Positions 1 through 9,337 of a stretch of DNA of 36,177 nucleotides are shown in pieces. This stretch comes from Marine Group I thaumarchaeote (lineage in GTDB: Archaea > Thermoproteota > Nitrososphaeria > Nitrososphaerales > Nitrosopumilaceae). A program made the translations under genes and the position numbers. Location: NCBI GenBank assembly GCA_044358425.1, contig CP054849.1, positions 1,166,096-1,202,272 on the forward strand. The letters are read 5' to 3'. Under the pieces are notes generated by a model that was not told where the DNA came from, made no database searches, and worked only from the letters and a program-made list of their open reading frames with translations. The stretch's first letter is position 1, and every line of letters starts with the position of its first letter.

Positions 1-2
1 CT

Positions 3-467
3 GAACCAGTAGTCGAACAAGTTGTTAACTGTGGACCTGGAACTGAATCAGTAAACGGTGTATGTCAAGTAATTCAAACTGAAGAACCAGAAGAATCTGA
101 AGGTGGTGGTTGTTTAATTGCAACAGCAACATACGGTAGTGAACTTGCACCACAAGTCCAAATGCTTAGAGAAATTCGTGACAACCAATTGATGAACACA
201 GAATCTGGTTCTGCATTCATGACCACATTTAACGAAGCATACTATTCATTCTCACCATACATTGCAGACATGGAACGTGAAAGCCCAGTCTTCAAAGAGA
301 TTGTAAAAGCTGGCTTGACTCCAATGCTTAGCACTTTGACAATTATGGAAAGTGCAGAAACTGAAAGCGAAGTTCTCGGACTTGGACTCTCAGTTATTGC
401 ATTGAATCTTGGAATGTACATCGGATTACCAATAATTGGCGTTATTGCAATTGTGAAAAGAAAATAA
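3..467 (+). CDS. C-terminal part of a CFI-box-CTERM domain surface protein (5' truncated by the window edge)
   Basis: The frame is open from position 3 and reads EPVVEQVVNCGPGTESVNGVCQ...EGGGCLIATATYGSELAPQVQMLREIRD. It ends in a TM helix and a KRK tail. The Met at 162 in the ORF track is internal. Confidence 0.9.
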   Translation, partial: EPVVEQVVNCGPGTESVNGVCQVIQTEEPEESEGGGCLIATATYGSELAPQVQMLREIRDNQLMNTESGSAFMTTFNEAYYSFSPYIADMERESPVFKEIVKAGLTPMLSTLTIMESAETESEVLGLGLSVIALNLGMYIGLPIIGVIAIVKRK

Positions 468-505
468 AAGCTAACTTTTAATCCGAATGTTTTTTCATTA
501 AAGAT

Positions 506-652
506 ATGGGAAAATTAGCAAGAAATTTACGAATTTGTGGAGATTGTGGAATTGCATATACTTCTGTAAGTTTTACAAAATACATTGATCAATGCCCAAT
601 TTGTAAATCAAGAAGATTCGAAGCGATTCCGATTAAATCATTAGATAAGTAG
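506..652 (+). CDS. Small zinc-ribbon protein, 48 aa (not in ORF track)
   Basis: ATG 506 to TAG 652 reads MGKLARNLRICGDCGIAYTSVSFTKYIDQCPICKSRRFEAIPIKSLDK, with two CxxC pairs. It fills the gap between two genes on the same strand. Confidence 0.75.
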   Translation: MGKLARNLRICGDCGIAYTSVSFTKYIDQCPICKSRRFEAIPIKSLDK

Positions 653-695
653 TGTTTAAAGTAGATTTTTTAAGAGAAACAAATTTGGTTATTTA

Positions 696-1097
696 TTGTC
701 AGAAGATCCAGAAATTGCAAAAATTATGCAAAAAAAATTAGATGCCATGATTAATCAAAAAACAGAGCCAAAAATTGAGCCTGGGATTGTAGATTTAGAT
801 AATTCTAATTTTGATCAAATCATTTCAGCAGAAAATCCAACATTAGTAGATTTTTGGGCTGAATGGTGTGGACCATGTAAATCAATGCATCCAATATTTG
901 AAAGTCTAGAAAAACAATATCCAAAAATAAAATTTGCAAGAGTTAATGTTGATCAAAATCAAAATATATCAATGAAATTTTCAGTTCAATCAATTCCAAC
1001 ATTTATCATGTTCAAATCAGGACAAATTATTGATAAAATGATGGGTGCTGTAGGTGCACCTGGAATTCATATGATTTGTAAAAAACACTCAAACTAG
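696..1097 (+). CDS. trxA: Thioredoxin with N-terminal helical extension
   Basis: VDFWAEWCGPC active site and SIPT cis-Pro motif; TTG start. Confidence 0.95.
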   Translation: MSEDPEIAKIMQKKLDAMINQKTEPKIEPGIVDLDNSNFDQIISAENPTLVDFWAEWCGPCKSMHPIFESLEKQYPKIKFARVNVDQNQNISMKFSVQSIPTFIMFKSGQIIDKMMGAVGAPGIHMICKKHSN

Positions 1098-2875
1098 TAA
1101 CCGTACATAGGTTCTATTTCACGTTGAAGTCGAACTATTTCGGTAAAAATTTCCTGTTCTTCACTACTTAATTTGTGTAAAAATTTGTTTAGGATTTTTT
1201 TTGCTTCAGGTGATGGAGGAAATGTGTAATACACATCTTCTTCAAATATTTGTCTACCAATTGTAACATCCTTTACAGAACATGCAACTTCATCTCCTGT
1301 TTTTGCTGAAGACACAGTTTTTTTATCAAGTTGGAGTTGGTGAATAGTTCCAACTTTTCTTCCAGACATATTCATAAATGGAATTTTATGTTTTAAATTA
1401 CCAACATCAATGCGAACACCAAAAACTGCAGGATTGTTATTACGAAATACCATTCCTTTCATAAATGTAAATTTAGAAATTGGTGTTAATTCAGCAAACA
1501 TTGCATCTTCTTCATTTGCCGAATCCTCCTCAACCCAAGCGTTGTAATTGTCAATTAGACTGTAAATTACTTTATCCTCAAATAATTTGATATGACTTGT
1601 TTCGGATTCTTCTAGTGCATCAGGCAATATCTTAACATTAAATGCTAAAACAATTCCAAGATGTCGATCTTTTTCTTTGATAGCTTTAGCTTCGATAACA
1701 TCTCGTCTATTTACTGGCCCAATGTCAGCTTTTGCTACTGGAACTTGAGAGCGTTTTAACATCTCAACAATAGCCTCAAGTGAGCCTATTGTATCACATT
1801 TTAAAATAATTCCATTAGTTTCTGTATCAATAAACATAGATTGCATCTCAGATTCTATGAGTTTAGTAAATTTTTCAATTTCAGCATCATTTTTTGCAAC
1901 GTAAAGAGTACTTCCAGGAAGAACACCTTCAAGTTCAGGTGATGCAATTTTTAGACCAGCTGCTGCATCAACCTGAGGAACTGGTTTGAATTTATCTCTA
2001 GGATCTCTCATTTCATCAAGAGGTTTTGGCAAAAGTAATGCCTTAGGTTTGGTAACAATTACAGCATCACGTTTTGCTACAACAATACTATTTTCTTTTT
2101 TAATAGTTCCATCAATTAAAATAATATTAGCAGTTTGCCCTAACCCAACTTCATCTTTGACTTCTAAAACAATTCCACGTGGTTCTTTTTCTTCTTGGTC
2201 TAATCGTTTTTGCAAATATTGTTGAGTTAATCCAACTAAAACGCTTAGTAATTCAGGAATTCCAACACCAGAACGTGCAGAAATTGGAACAATAGCAATT
2301 TCTGATTTAAAATCTTCAACACGGTAAAATGCTTCTGATTTGTATCCCAATATTGACAACGTACCCACTACATCGTAGATTTTTTGATCCAAGTCCGTTT
2401 GAATGGATGCATCTTGTTCTTTAATTGCTTGAGAAATAAATTTAGTTTCAGATTTTCGCCATCCAGAAATTTGATCACATTTGTTTAATGCAACGACAAA
2501 TGGAACTTTTCTACTTTGTAAAATTTTTAGACTTTCATTAGTTTGTGGTTGAAATCCTCGATTTACATCAACTACTAAAATTGCAATATCAGCAGCTGAA
2601 CCACCACGAGAACGAAGATTGGTAAAAACCTCGTGACCTGGTGTGTCAATTACTAATAATCCAGGTACTTTGTTTTCAGATTGTTCTAGTTTTTTGTATA
2701 AAGGTCCGCATGTATCTTTGATGGTTTCAGTTGGAAGAAAACTTGCACCGATATGTTGAGTAATTCCACCTGCTTCTCTACCTTGTACACCCGTACCACG
2801 AATTCTATCTAATAGAGATGTTTTTCCAGAGTCTACGTGACCAAGAACTGCCACTATGGGCTGACGAATTTGCAA
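1094..2875 (-). CDS. infB: Translation initiation factor aIF5B (IF-2)
   Basis: RQPIVAVLGHVDSGKT, EAGGITQHIGA, DTPGHE and NKCD GTPase motifs; no intein; TTG start. Confidence 0.98.
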   Translation of the reverse strand: MQIRQPIVAVLGHVDSGKTSLLDRIRGTGVQGREAGGITQHIGASFLPTETIKDTCGPLYKKLEQSENKVPGLLVIDTPGHEVFTNLRSRGGSAADIAILVVDVNRGFQPQTNESLKILQSRKVPFVVALNKCDQISGWRKSETKFISQAIKEQDASIQTDLDQKIYDVVGTLSILGYKSEAFYRVEDFKSEIAIVPISARSGVGIPELLSVLVGLTQQYLQKRLDQEEKEPRGIVLEVKDEVGLGQTANIILIDGTIKKENSIVVAKRDAVIVTKPKALLLPKPLDEMRDPRDKFKPVPQVDAAAGLKIASPELEGVLPGSTLYVAKNDAEIEKFTKLIESEMQSMFIDTETNGIILKCDTIGSLEAIVEMLKRSQVPVAKADIGPVNRRDVIEAKAIKEKDRHLGIVLAFNVKILPDALEESETSHIKLFEDKVIYSLIDNYNAWVEEDSANEEDAMFAELTPISKFTFMKGMVFRNNNPAVFGVRIDVGNLKHKIPFMNMSGRKVGTIHQLQLDKKTVSSAKTGDEVACSVKDVTIGRQIFEEDVYYTFPPSPEAKKILNKFLHKLSSEEQEIFTEIVRLQREIEPMYGY

Positions 2876-2881
2876 ATCAGA

Positions 2882-3283
2882 TCACTCAAATGCTACCCTC
2901 GATTCGTGATCAAAACTTTCTTGGGAATCTGATGCATGAATAATATTTTCACTGAAACCTAAACCAAAATCGCCTCTAATGGAACCAGGATCTGCTTCAA
3001 AAGATTTTGTAGCACCAATCATTATTCTAGTTGTAGCAATTGCATTATTTCCTTCTATAATTGCAGCTACGACAGGTCCAGATGTAATAAAAGATGTTAA
3101 TTCACCAAAAAATGGTTTATCCTTATGAACACCGTAGAAATTTTCTGCTTGTGCTTGTGTAAATGTAAACATCTTTAATTTTAAAAGTTTGAATCCTTTT
3201 CTTTCAAATCTTGAAACTACCTCTCCAACTAAATTTCTAGCTACTGCATCAGGTTTTACAATGAATAATGATTGTTCAGTCAA
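2882..3283 (-). CDS. ndk: Nucleoside diphosphate kinase
   Basis: IVKPDAV, PGSIRGDFG and NIIHASDS (catalytic His). Confidence 0.98.
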   Translation of the reverse strand: MTEQSLFIVKPDAVARNLVGEVVSRFERKGFKLLKLKMFTFTQAQAENFYGVHKDKPFFGELTSFITSGPVVAAIIEGNNAIATTRIMIGATKSFEADPGSIRGDFGLGFSENIIHASDSQESFDHESRVAFE

Positions 3284-3285
3284 TT

Positions 3286-3486
3286 CTAATTCTTTCTAAT
3301 TCCGCCTTTGACATGTTTTTTAGTCCACTTTAATTTTCTTGGATCACGTTTTAGGACTAAAGCATTTTTCTTACATTTTGCTGAACAAAACCATAAAACA
3401 GTTCCATCATTTTTAGCAAACATTGTTCCAGAACCTTTTGCAACAGGTCTATCACAAAAACTGCATGGTTTAACTAAGAGACTCAA
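3286..3486 (-). CDS. rpl24e: 50S ribosomal protein L24e
   Basis: CSFC...FCSAKC...RDPRKLKWT; conserved operon position. Confidence 0.97.
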   Translation of the reverse strand: MSLLVKPCSFCDRPVAKGSGTMFAKNDGTVLWFCSAKCKKNALVLKRDPRKLKWTKKHVKGGIRKN

Positions 3487-3495
3487 TCATATCAC

Positions 3496-3705
3496 CTATT
3501 TGATTTTCTTTGCTTCCCTTTCTGTTTCTCTTAACATTAAAATTTCATTCATTCTAACAGAACCTTTTACATTTCTTGTAAGAATTCTTCCTTTATCTTT
3601 ACCTGTAAGAACTTTAACTCTAACTTGAATAACTTCACCGGCAATTCCAGTTCTACCGACAATTTGAATAATTTCAGATTCTACTACTTCTTCAGTTGCA
3701 CTCAT
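3496..3705 (-). CDS. rps28e: 30S ribosomal protein S28e
   Basis: [14 protein letters not shown]...RNVKG...LRETEREA. Confidence 0.97.
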   Translation of the reverse strand: MSATEEVVESEIIQIVGRTGIAGEVIQVRVKVLTGKDKGRILTRNVKGSVRMNEILMLRETEREAKKIK

Positions 3706-4088
3706 TGTTCAGATTTACCGCCTTTTAATTCAGCAATTTTTGTTGTAACTTGGTCGACGATATGTTGTGCATCGCCTGCATCCAAAATTGCTGCAGCGGC
3801 TGAAGTAATATCAATACCTAATGATTTGCCTAATTCTTCCTTGTTTGGAACAAATGCATATGCTGCACCTTGTTCTTCACATAGAATTGGAAGATGTGCT
3901 ACTACCTCTGGTGGTTCAACATCTTCAGCAATTACAATTAATTTACTAGTACCACGTTCAATAGCCTTGGTTGCTTCATTTGTTCCTTTTTTGACTTTAC
4001 CGCTGGTTGATGCAACTCTAACGGCTTCCAAGATTGGACTAACTAAGTCTTCAGGGGTTTCAAATTTAACGTAATAGGCTTTTCCCAT
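3702..4088 (-). CDS. rpl7ae: 50S ribosomal protein L7Ae
   Basis: [14 protein letters not shown] and [15 protein letters not shown]. Confidence 0.98.
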   Translation of the reverse strand: MGKAYYVKFETPEDLVSPILEAVRVASTSGKVKKGTNEATKAIERGTSKLIVIAEDVEPPEVVAHLPILCEEQGAAYAFVPNKEELGKSLGIDITSAAAAILDAGDAQHIVDQVTTKIAELKGGKSEQ

Positions 4089-4123
4089 AGTATTATCGAA
4101 TCCTGTGTATGGTATTAAAAGTG

Positions 4124-5485
4124 TTATCTGGAAATGATTGACTTAACTTTTTTAAGAAATTTTGACATTAAAGCCTCTAAATTCTCCTGATCAGTAGATT
4201 CAGCATAAATTCTAATGATCGGTTCAGTTCCACTTGGTCTAATCATAACCCAATTTTTTTCATCAAGAATAATTTTTATTCCATCAGAAGTATCAGAGTT
4301 AGGAAATTCATCTTTCAATGAAGATATTATTTTATTGGCATTTTCGTCTGAACATTCAATTTTATCCTTAGTAGTAAATGAAGGAGGTAATTGAGATATT
4401 TCTTGAGATAAGGAATTATTTGTAGTAGATAAAAAATCTAGCATTAATCCCAAACTCATGCAGCCGTCTCTAACTTGATTATGTTTTCCAAACATGAATC
4501 CACCATTTTCTTCAAATCCAATTAATGCATTTGTTGAAAGCATTTTTCTAGAAACTTCAACACTTCCTACTTTAGTACGCAAAACTTTAGAATTGTATTT
4601 CTCAGTCAGTGTTTCAGTATTTGTACCAGAATTCAAACAAGTGACAACCAAAGAATTTGGATTTTTGTTTAAAATATGTTTAATGAGGATTAATGCGGAT
4701 CTATCGCCAGTCAAAATATTTCCAAGTTCATCACAAAAAATACTTCTATCACCATCACCATCAAATGCAATTCCAAAATCAGCTTTATTTTCTATGACTG
4801 TTTTTGAAAGAACTGAAAGATTTTGTGGAGTAGGTTCTGAACCACGTCCTGGAAATTGACCATCAACGGTTTCATTTACAAGAATTACTTCGCAGTTTAA
4901 TTTTTTGCAAAAATTAGGTGCAGTAACAGCTTGTGCACCATTACCTAAATCTAAAACAACTTTGAAAGGTTTTGATTCTATAAGATTAGAATCAATATGA
5001 GTTAGGATTCCACTAAGATATGTTTCAATTGTTTTAGTTTCTTCATTGGTAATTCCCCATTTTTCAGGACGTGATAACCAATTTTTTTTAGAATAAATAT
5101 CCTCAATTAACAATTCATCTTCACGTGAAATTTCAACACCATCATTTCCAGCAGGTTTTATTCCATTGTATTGAGGCGGATTATGTGAAGCTGTTATCAT
5201 TATTCCACCGGAATAGCCAAGAGATTTGACTGCATATTCTAGACAAGGAGTTGGAACAAGTCCAGCTACATTACAATCAATTCCAATTGAATTAAGACTT
5301 GAAGTAATGATTTTACAAATTAATGGACTAGATTCACGTCCATCATATCCAATCAAAATTGGTCCTTTCTCAAAATATGTTCCGACAGATAAGGTCATTT
5401 CATGAACAAATTCTAAAGTGAAATCCTCATCAAATACACCTCTAATTCCATTAGTTCCAAAATATTTTGCCATGAAAGTATTCAA
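4124..5485 (-). CDS. Phosphohexomutase (phosphoglucosamine mutase / PMM-PGM family); likely start is ATG at 5473
   Basis: FGTNGIRG, TASHNP phosphoserine loop, FDGDGDR metal loop, RPSGTEP. Confidence 0.93.
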   Translation of the reverse strand: MNTFMAKYFGTNGIRGVFDEDFTLEFVHEMTLSVGTYFEKGPILIGYDGRESSPLICKIITSSLNSIGIDCNVAGLVPTPCLEYAVKSLGYSGGIMITASHNPPQYNGIKPAGNDGVEISREDELLIEDIYSKKNWLSRPEKWGITNEETKTIETYLSGILTHIDSNLIESKPFKVVLDLGNGAQAVTAPNFCKKLNCEVILVNETVDGQFPGRGSEPTPQNLSVLSKTVIENKADFGIAFDGDGDRSIFCDELGNILTGDRSALILIKHILNKNPNSLVVTCLNSGTNTETLTEKYNSKVLRTKVGSVEVSRKMLSTNALIGFEENGGFMFGKHNQVRDGCMSLGLMLDFLSTTNNSLSQEISQLPPSFTTKDKIECSDENANKIISSLKDEFPNSDTSDGIKIILDEKNWVMIRPSGTEPIIRIYAESTDQENLEALMSKFLKKVKSIISR

Positions 5486-5520
5486 TAATAGATAAATTTG
5501 TGTTTAATGGCAAAGTCGTT

Positions 5521-5608
5521 GCGGGAGTCGCCCAGCCTGGTCAAAGGCGTAGGGCTTAGGACCCTATCTCTTAGGAGTTCGTGGGTTCGAATCCCACCTC
5601 CCGCACCA
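5521..5608 (+). tRNA. tRNA-Leu(TAG) with long variable arm and encoded CCA
   Basis: Acceptor GCGGGAG/CTCCCGC, anticodon stem TAGGG/CCCTA around loop CTTAGGA, GTTCGAATC T-loop, ACCA end. Confidence 0.96.
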
Positions 5609-5633
5609 TCTTAATTACTGTGAATGATTAATA

Positions 5634-6503
5634 ATGAGAAAAACTTCATCATACAAAGTTATGAAAAAAACAGTAGTAGGAATTACAGTTGTCGGTAAAG
5701 ATAGAGAAGGAATTGTAGCCGCATTTACAAATTTTGCATTTTCTAGAGGAGGAAACATTGAAAAAGTAAATCAAAATGTAATCAAAAATCTTTTTGGCAT
5801 GTATCTAGAAGTTTCATTTTCTAAAAAATTAGATGTAAAAAAATTTGATATTGAAATTCAAAAGTTAGCAAAAAAAGAAAAAATGGATGTAAATACGCAT
5901 CATGAAACAAATTTGGAAAAAAATATTGCAGTATTTGTTACCAAAGAACCACTTTGTCTTCAAACATTTATTGCAAATAGAAAATCATTGAAAGGAAAAA
6001 TTTCAGTCATTATTGGTACAGAAAAGTCATTAGAATCAATCGCAAGAAAAGCAAAAATTCCATTCATTGCAGTAGAAGAAAAGAATCAAACAAAGGCTGA
6101 AGAAAAAATTATTGATATTTGTAAAAAATACAATATTGATTTAATCTCTCTTGCAAGATATATGAGAATTCTCAGTCCTAATTTTGTTTGGAGGTATCCA
6201 AATAGAATAATTAACATTCATCCATCACTACTACCTGCTTTTCCAGGTGCATCAGCATATGCACAAGCTTATGAGAGAGGTACAAAGATTGTTGGTGTAA
6301 CATCACATTACGTAACAGAAAATTTAGATCAGGGACCAATAATATTCCAAGATTCTTTCAAAGTTGATCCAAATGACACACTAGAGAAAATAAAATCAAA
6401 AGGACAAAAACTTGAAGCAGATACTTTACTGAAAGCAACAAAGATGCATTTAGAAAATAAACTTGAAGTCCGCTGGAGAAAAGTTCACATTAAATCAAAG
6501 TGA
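5634..6503 (+). CDS. purU: Formyltetrahydrofolate deformylase (ACT + formyltransferase); likely start is ATG 5661
   Basis: N-terminal ACT domain (GKDREGIVA), LARYMRIL, INIHPSLLPAFPG, LDQGPII. Confidence 0.92.
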   Translation: MRKTSSYKVMKKTVVGITVVGKDREGIVAAFTNFAFSRGGNIEKVNQNVIKNLFGMYLEVSFSKKLDVKKFDIEIQKLAKKEKMDVNTHHETNLEKNIAVFVTKEPLCLQTFIANRKSLKGKISVIIGTEKSLESIARKAKIPFIAVEEKNQTKAEEKIIDICKKYNIDLISLARYMRILSPNFVWRYPNRIINIHPSLLPAFPGASAYAQAYERGTKIVGVTSHYVTENLDQGPIIFQDSFKVDPNDTLEKIKSKGQKLEADTLLKATKMHLENKLEVRWRKVHIKSK

Positions 6504-6508
6504 ATTAA

Positions 6509-7231
6509 ATGACAGATATTACATCTCAATTTGATCCAATTTTAAGAAATTTAACTAAAAATAAGAAGAAAATTGCAGTTATTCCAATTGGTTCAATTGA
6601 ACAACATGGCCCACATCTACCAATTTCAACTGATTCAGATATTGTATCAAACGTATGTAAAAAAATTTCTGACAAAAATGGGTATCTTCTTCTTCCAACT
6701 ATAACTTACGGAGTTTCTTTTGAACATGCACCATTTTTTAATTTGAGTATTAGAGAATCTACATTACGAACAATACTGATAGATTTGTGTACATCATTAT
6801 CAGAAAATAATATTAAAACAATATTCATAATTAATGGTCATCATGGGAATTTAAAATCAATTAGAAATTTTGATTTAAAAATTAAGAAAATTTTGAAAAA
6901 TAAAGTGAAAGTACATACACTATCATATTGGCATTTTATGGATAGAGATTTTGATCATGCGGGATTTGTAGAAACATCATTGATGCTAGCAATTTCAAAA
7001 AATGTCAAAATGAACCTAGCAAAAAAAGGATTGATTACAGATAAAATGACAAAACAAGAAATTGCTAAAATTAGTAAATTAGCCAATCAATCATTTCCCA
7101 AAGCTACTAAAAACGGGATTTGGGGAGATCCAAGAAAGGCTACCAAAAAGGATGGAATAAAAATTTTAAATGAAATTGTAGAAAATTTATCAAAAAAGTG
7201 TCAAACTTACCTTACTGAAGATAGGTTATAG
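6509..7231 (+). CDS. Creatininase-family amidohydrolase (possibly ArfB-like formamide hydrolase)
   Basis: GSIEQHGPHLP..TD, NGHHGN and HAG..ETS motifs. Confidence 0.88.
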   Translation: MTDITSQFDPILRNLTKNKKKIAVIPIGSIEQHGPHLPISTDSDIVSNVCKKISDKNGYLLLPTITYGVSFEHAPFFNLSIRESTLRTILIDLCTSLSENNIKTIFIINGHHGNLKSIRNFDLKIKKILKNKVKVHTLSYWHFMDRDFDHAGFVETSLMLAISKNVKMNLAKKGLITDKMTKQEIAKISKLANQSFPKATKNGIWGDPRKATKKDGIKILNEIVENLSKKCQTYLTEDRL

Positions 7232-7287
7232 GTACACAATGATATTTTAATATAATCCCTCAATATTGAAGTCAATGAGTGATATAG

Positions 7288-7524
7288 ATGTCCGTTGATA
7301 TGGCAGTAAAAGTATTGGATGAGAGTATTAATCAAGTTGTATTAATAAAACTCAAAGGAAGCAAAACAATTAGAGGTAATCTTTTAGGTTTTGATCAACA
7401 CATGAATCTGCTACTCGATTCTTCAGAAGAAATTCCTACTGAAGGCGAGACAAAAAGCCTTGGTTCCATCGTAGTCAGAGGAGATAATGTTGTAATGATA
7501 TCCCCTCCACCGCCAACAAATTAG
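7288..7524 (+). CDS. Sm-like (Lsm/SmAP) RNA-binding protein
   Basis: Sm1 motif GFDQHMNL and Sm2 motif VVRGDNV; lies upstream of rpl37e, the usual archaeal arrangement. Confidence 0.96.
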   Translation: MSVDMAVKVLDESINQVVLIKLKGSKTIRGNLLGFDQHMNLLLDSSEEIPTEGETKSLGSIVVRGDNVVMISPPPPTN

Positions 7525-7534
7525 GTGATTTGGA

Positions 7535-7702
7535 ATGACAAAGGGTACTACTTCTATGGGTGGATTTACAAAAAAGAAAGTCCATATTAGATGTAGAAGA
7601 TGTGGTAAAAATTCACTTCACAAGCGTCATCACCAATGCGCAAGTTGTGGATTTCCAGAGGCTAAACGAAGAAAGTATTCCTGGATTAAATGGTATACAT
7701 AG
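7535..7702 (+). CDS. rpl37e: 50S ribosomal protein L37e, 55 aa (not in ORF track)
   Basis: [55 protein letters not shown]; SD-like AGGTGA just upstream. Confidence 0.96.
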   Translation: MTKGTTSMGGFTKKKVHIRCRRCGKNSLHKRHHQCASCGFPEAKRRKYSWIKWYT

Positions 7703-8662
7703 ATGCAAGAAATTGCTTTAATTCTTAGTTCAATTGCAGGAGTTGCAACAGCAGCTGCTGTAAGAAAAATGCCAAGAGACAAAAATCAATTACTAAGTTT
7801 AGGTGCTAGTTCACACATTAAAAATCAAATTAATTCTTTAAAAATTGAAAAAGATATTCTCACAAAAACAATTTCAAGATTATATCAATCTGATGATGAA
7901 TTTTCTAAAATTCAAAAAGATAAACTTCTTCTAAAATATCAACATCAGTTAGGAACAATTTTAGCTAAATTAGAAAAACTTGAACAAGCTAGTAAACATC
8001 CAGATTTAGGTCCTGTGGGTGATGGTTTGATAAGTTTAATGGATCAAAAATTATCAAAACTGGATGATAGATTATATGACTTGTCATCAAAAATGGCAAA
8101 TTCAAAAATTCAGACACCAGAAGTAAAACAAGAAAAAGAAGAAATTAAAAAACATATTTCTAAATCAATTAAAGAATCATTTAATTTTGAAAAACCAAAG
8201 GAAACAAAAATAGATCCAATTGCAATACCACCATCAAAATCTAGGCAATCATTTGAATTAACAACATTAACAAACATTTCAAAAAGTGAACCAAAATTCC
8301 CATTATTTGAAAAGAAAGAAATTGTTCAACCAATGCCAAAACCAAAGATAATTCAAACTGAATTAATCAAACCTAAAGAAGAAATTGTAAAAGAAATTGT
8401 TCAACCAAAAAAACAAGTTGAAGATAAAGTAGAAATTATTCAATCAATTACACCAAAACCAGAAATCTTAACTGAAAATAAACCAGATTTAGAAAAGGAA
8501 GTAGCAAAAATTACAGAACATAAGGCACTTCCACAACCAGAACAAAAACCAAAAACCTCAACAATCGATGATGATTTTGATGAGGATGGTGATGATTTGG
8601 ATAAAATCAAGGGAGATATTATGAGAGTACTATCAAAACTTGATCAAGCTGAGGTAGAATAA
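7703..8662 (+). CDS. Hypothetical protein: N-terminal hydrophobic anchor, coiled coil, P/K/E-rich linker, acidic C-terminal helix
   Basis: 319-aa ORF that abuts the rpl37e stop and the rpiA start with zero gap. Confidence 0.8.
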   Translation: MQEIALILSSIAGVATAAAVRKMPRDKNQLLSLGASSHIKNQINSLKIEKDILTKTISRLYQSDDEFSKIQKDKLLLKYQHQLGTILAKLEKLEQASKHPDLGPVGDGLISLMDQKLSKLDDRLYDLSSKMANSKIQTPEVKQEKEEIKKHISKSIKESFNFEKPKETKIDPIAIPPSKSRQSFELTTLTNISKSEPKFPLFEKKEIVQPMPKPKIIQTELIKPKEEIVKEIVQPKKQVEDKVEIIQSITPKPEILTENKPDLEKEVAKITEHKALPQPEQKPKTSTIDDDFDEDGDDLDKIKGDIMRVLSKLDQAEVE

Positions 8663-9337
8663 TTGTCCTACGATGATGCCATGGAGGCATTATCAAATGA
8701 TGCATTAAAATTAATTAAAAATAATCAAGTAATTGGATTAGGTAGTGGCAGAGCAGCAACTTCATTGGTAAAATCACTTGCCAAATTAATTAAATTAAAA
8801 AATTATAATATCAGAGGTATTCCAACATCATTACAAATCAAATTAGTTGCAGAAAAAGCAGGTATAAAATTAATAGAATCTGATCAAGTAAATCACATAG
8901 ACATTGTTTTTGATGGTGCAGACCAAATTGATTCACAGAAATATGTTATCAAAGGTGGAGGAGGTGCATTACTTCGAGAAAATATTTTGTTTAGTCTTGC
9001 AAGTAAGGTAGTAGTAATGGCAGATAAAACAAAATTTGTTAAAAATTTTACAAGAACAGTACCAATAGAAATTCATCCATTAGCAAGAAATGCAATAATC
9101 AATTCAATTAAAAAATTAGGAGGAGAATCTAAAATTCGATCTTTAGATAGGAGTTACCCATTTTTTACAGAGAATGGAAATATAATTTTAGATTGTGACT
9201 TTGGAACAATAAAAAATCCAAAAACATTAACACAAAAAATCAAACAAATACCAGGAGTTTTTGAGTCAGGAATTTTTTTGAGAAAACCAGATATAATTTA
9301 CAAAGCTAAAACAAACGGCAAATTTGAAATTATTTAG
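8663..9337 (+). CDS. rpiA: Ribose-5-phosphate isomerase A
   Basis: IGLGSG, DGADQID, IKGGGGALLRE and TENGNIILD motifs. Confidence 0.95.
   Translation: MSYDDAMEALSNDALKLIKNNQVIGLGSGRAATSLVKSLAKLIKLKNYNIRGIPTSLQIKLVAEKAGIKLIESDQVNHIDIVFDGADQIDSQKYVIKGGGGALLRENILFSLASKVVVMADKTKFVKNFTRTVPIEIHPLARNAIINSIKKLGGESKIRSLDRSYPFFTENGNIILDCDFGTIKNPKTLTQKIKQIPGVFESGIFLRKPDIIYKAKTNGKFEII

Noticed and set aside
1986-4859. Plus-strand ORFs 1986-2225, 3308-3628, 3625-4074 and 4494-4859
   Set aside because: Antisense shadows of infB, ribosomal protein genes and the mutase; no motifs.
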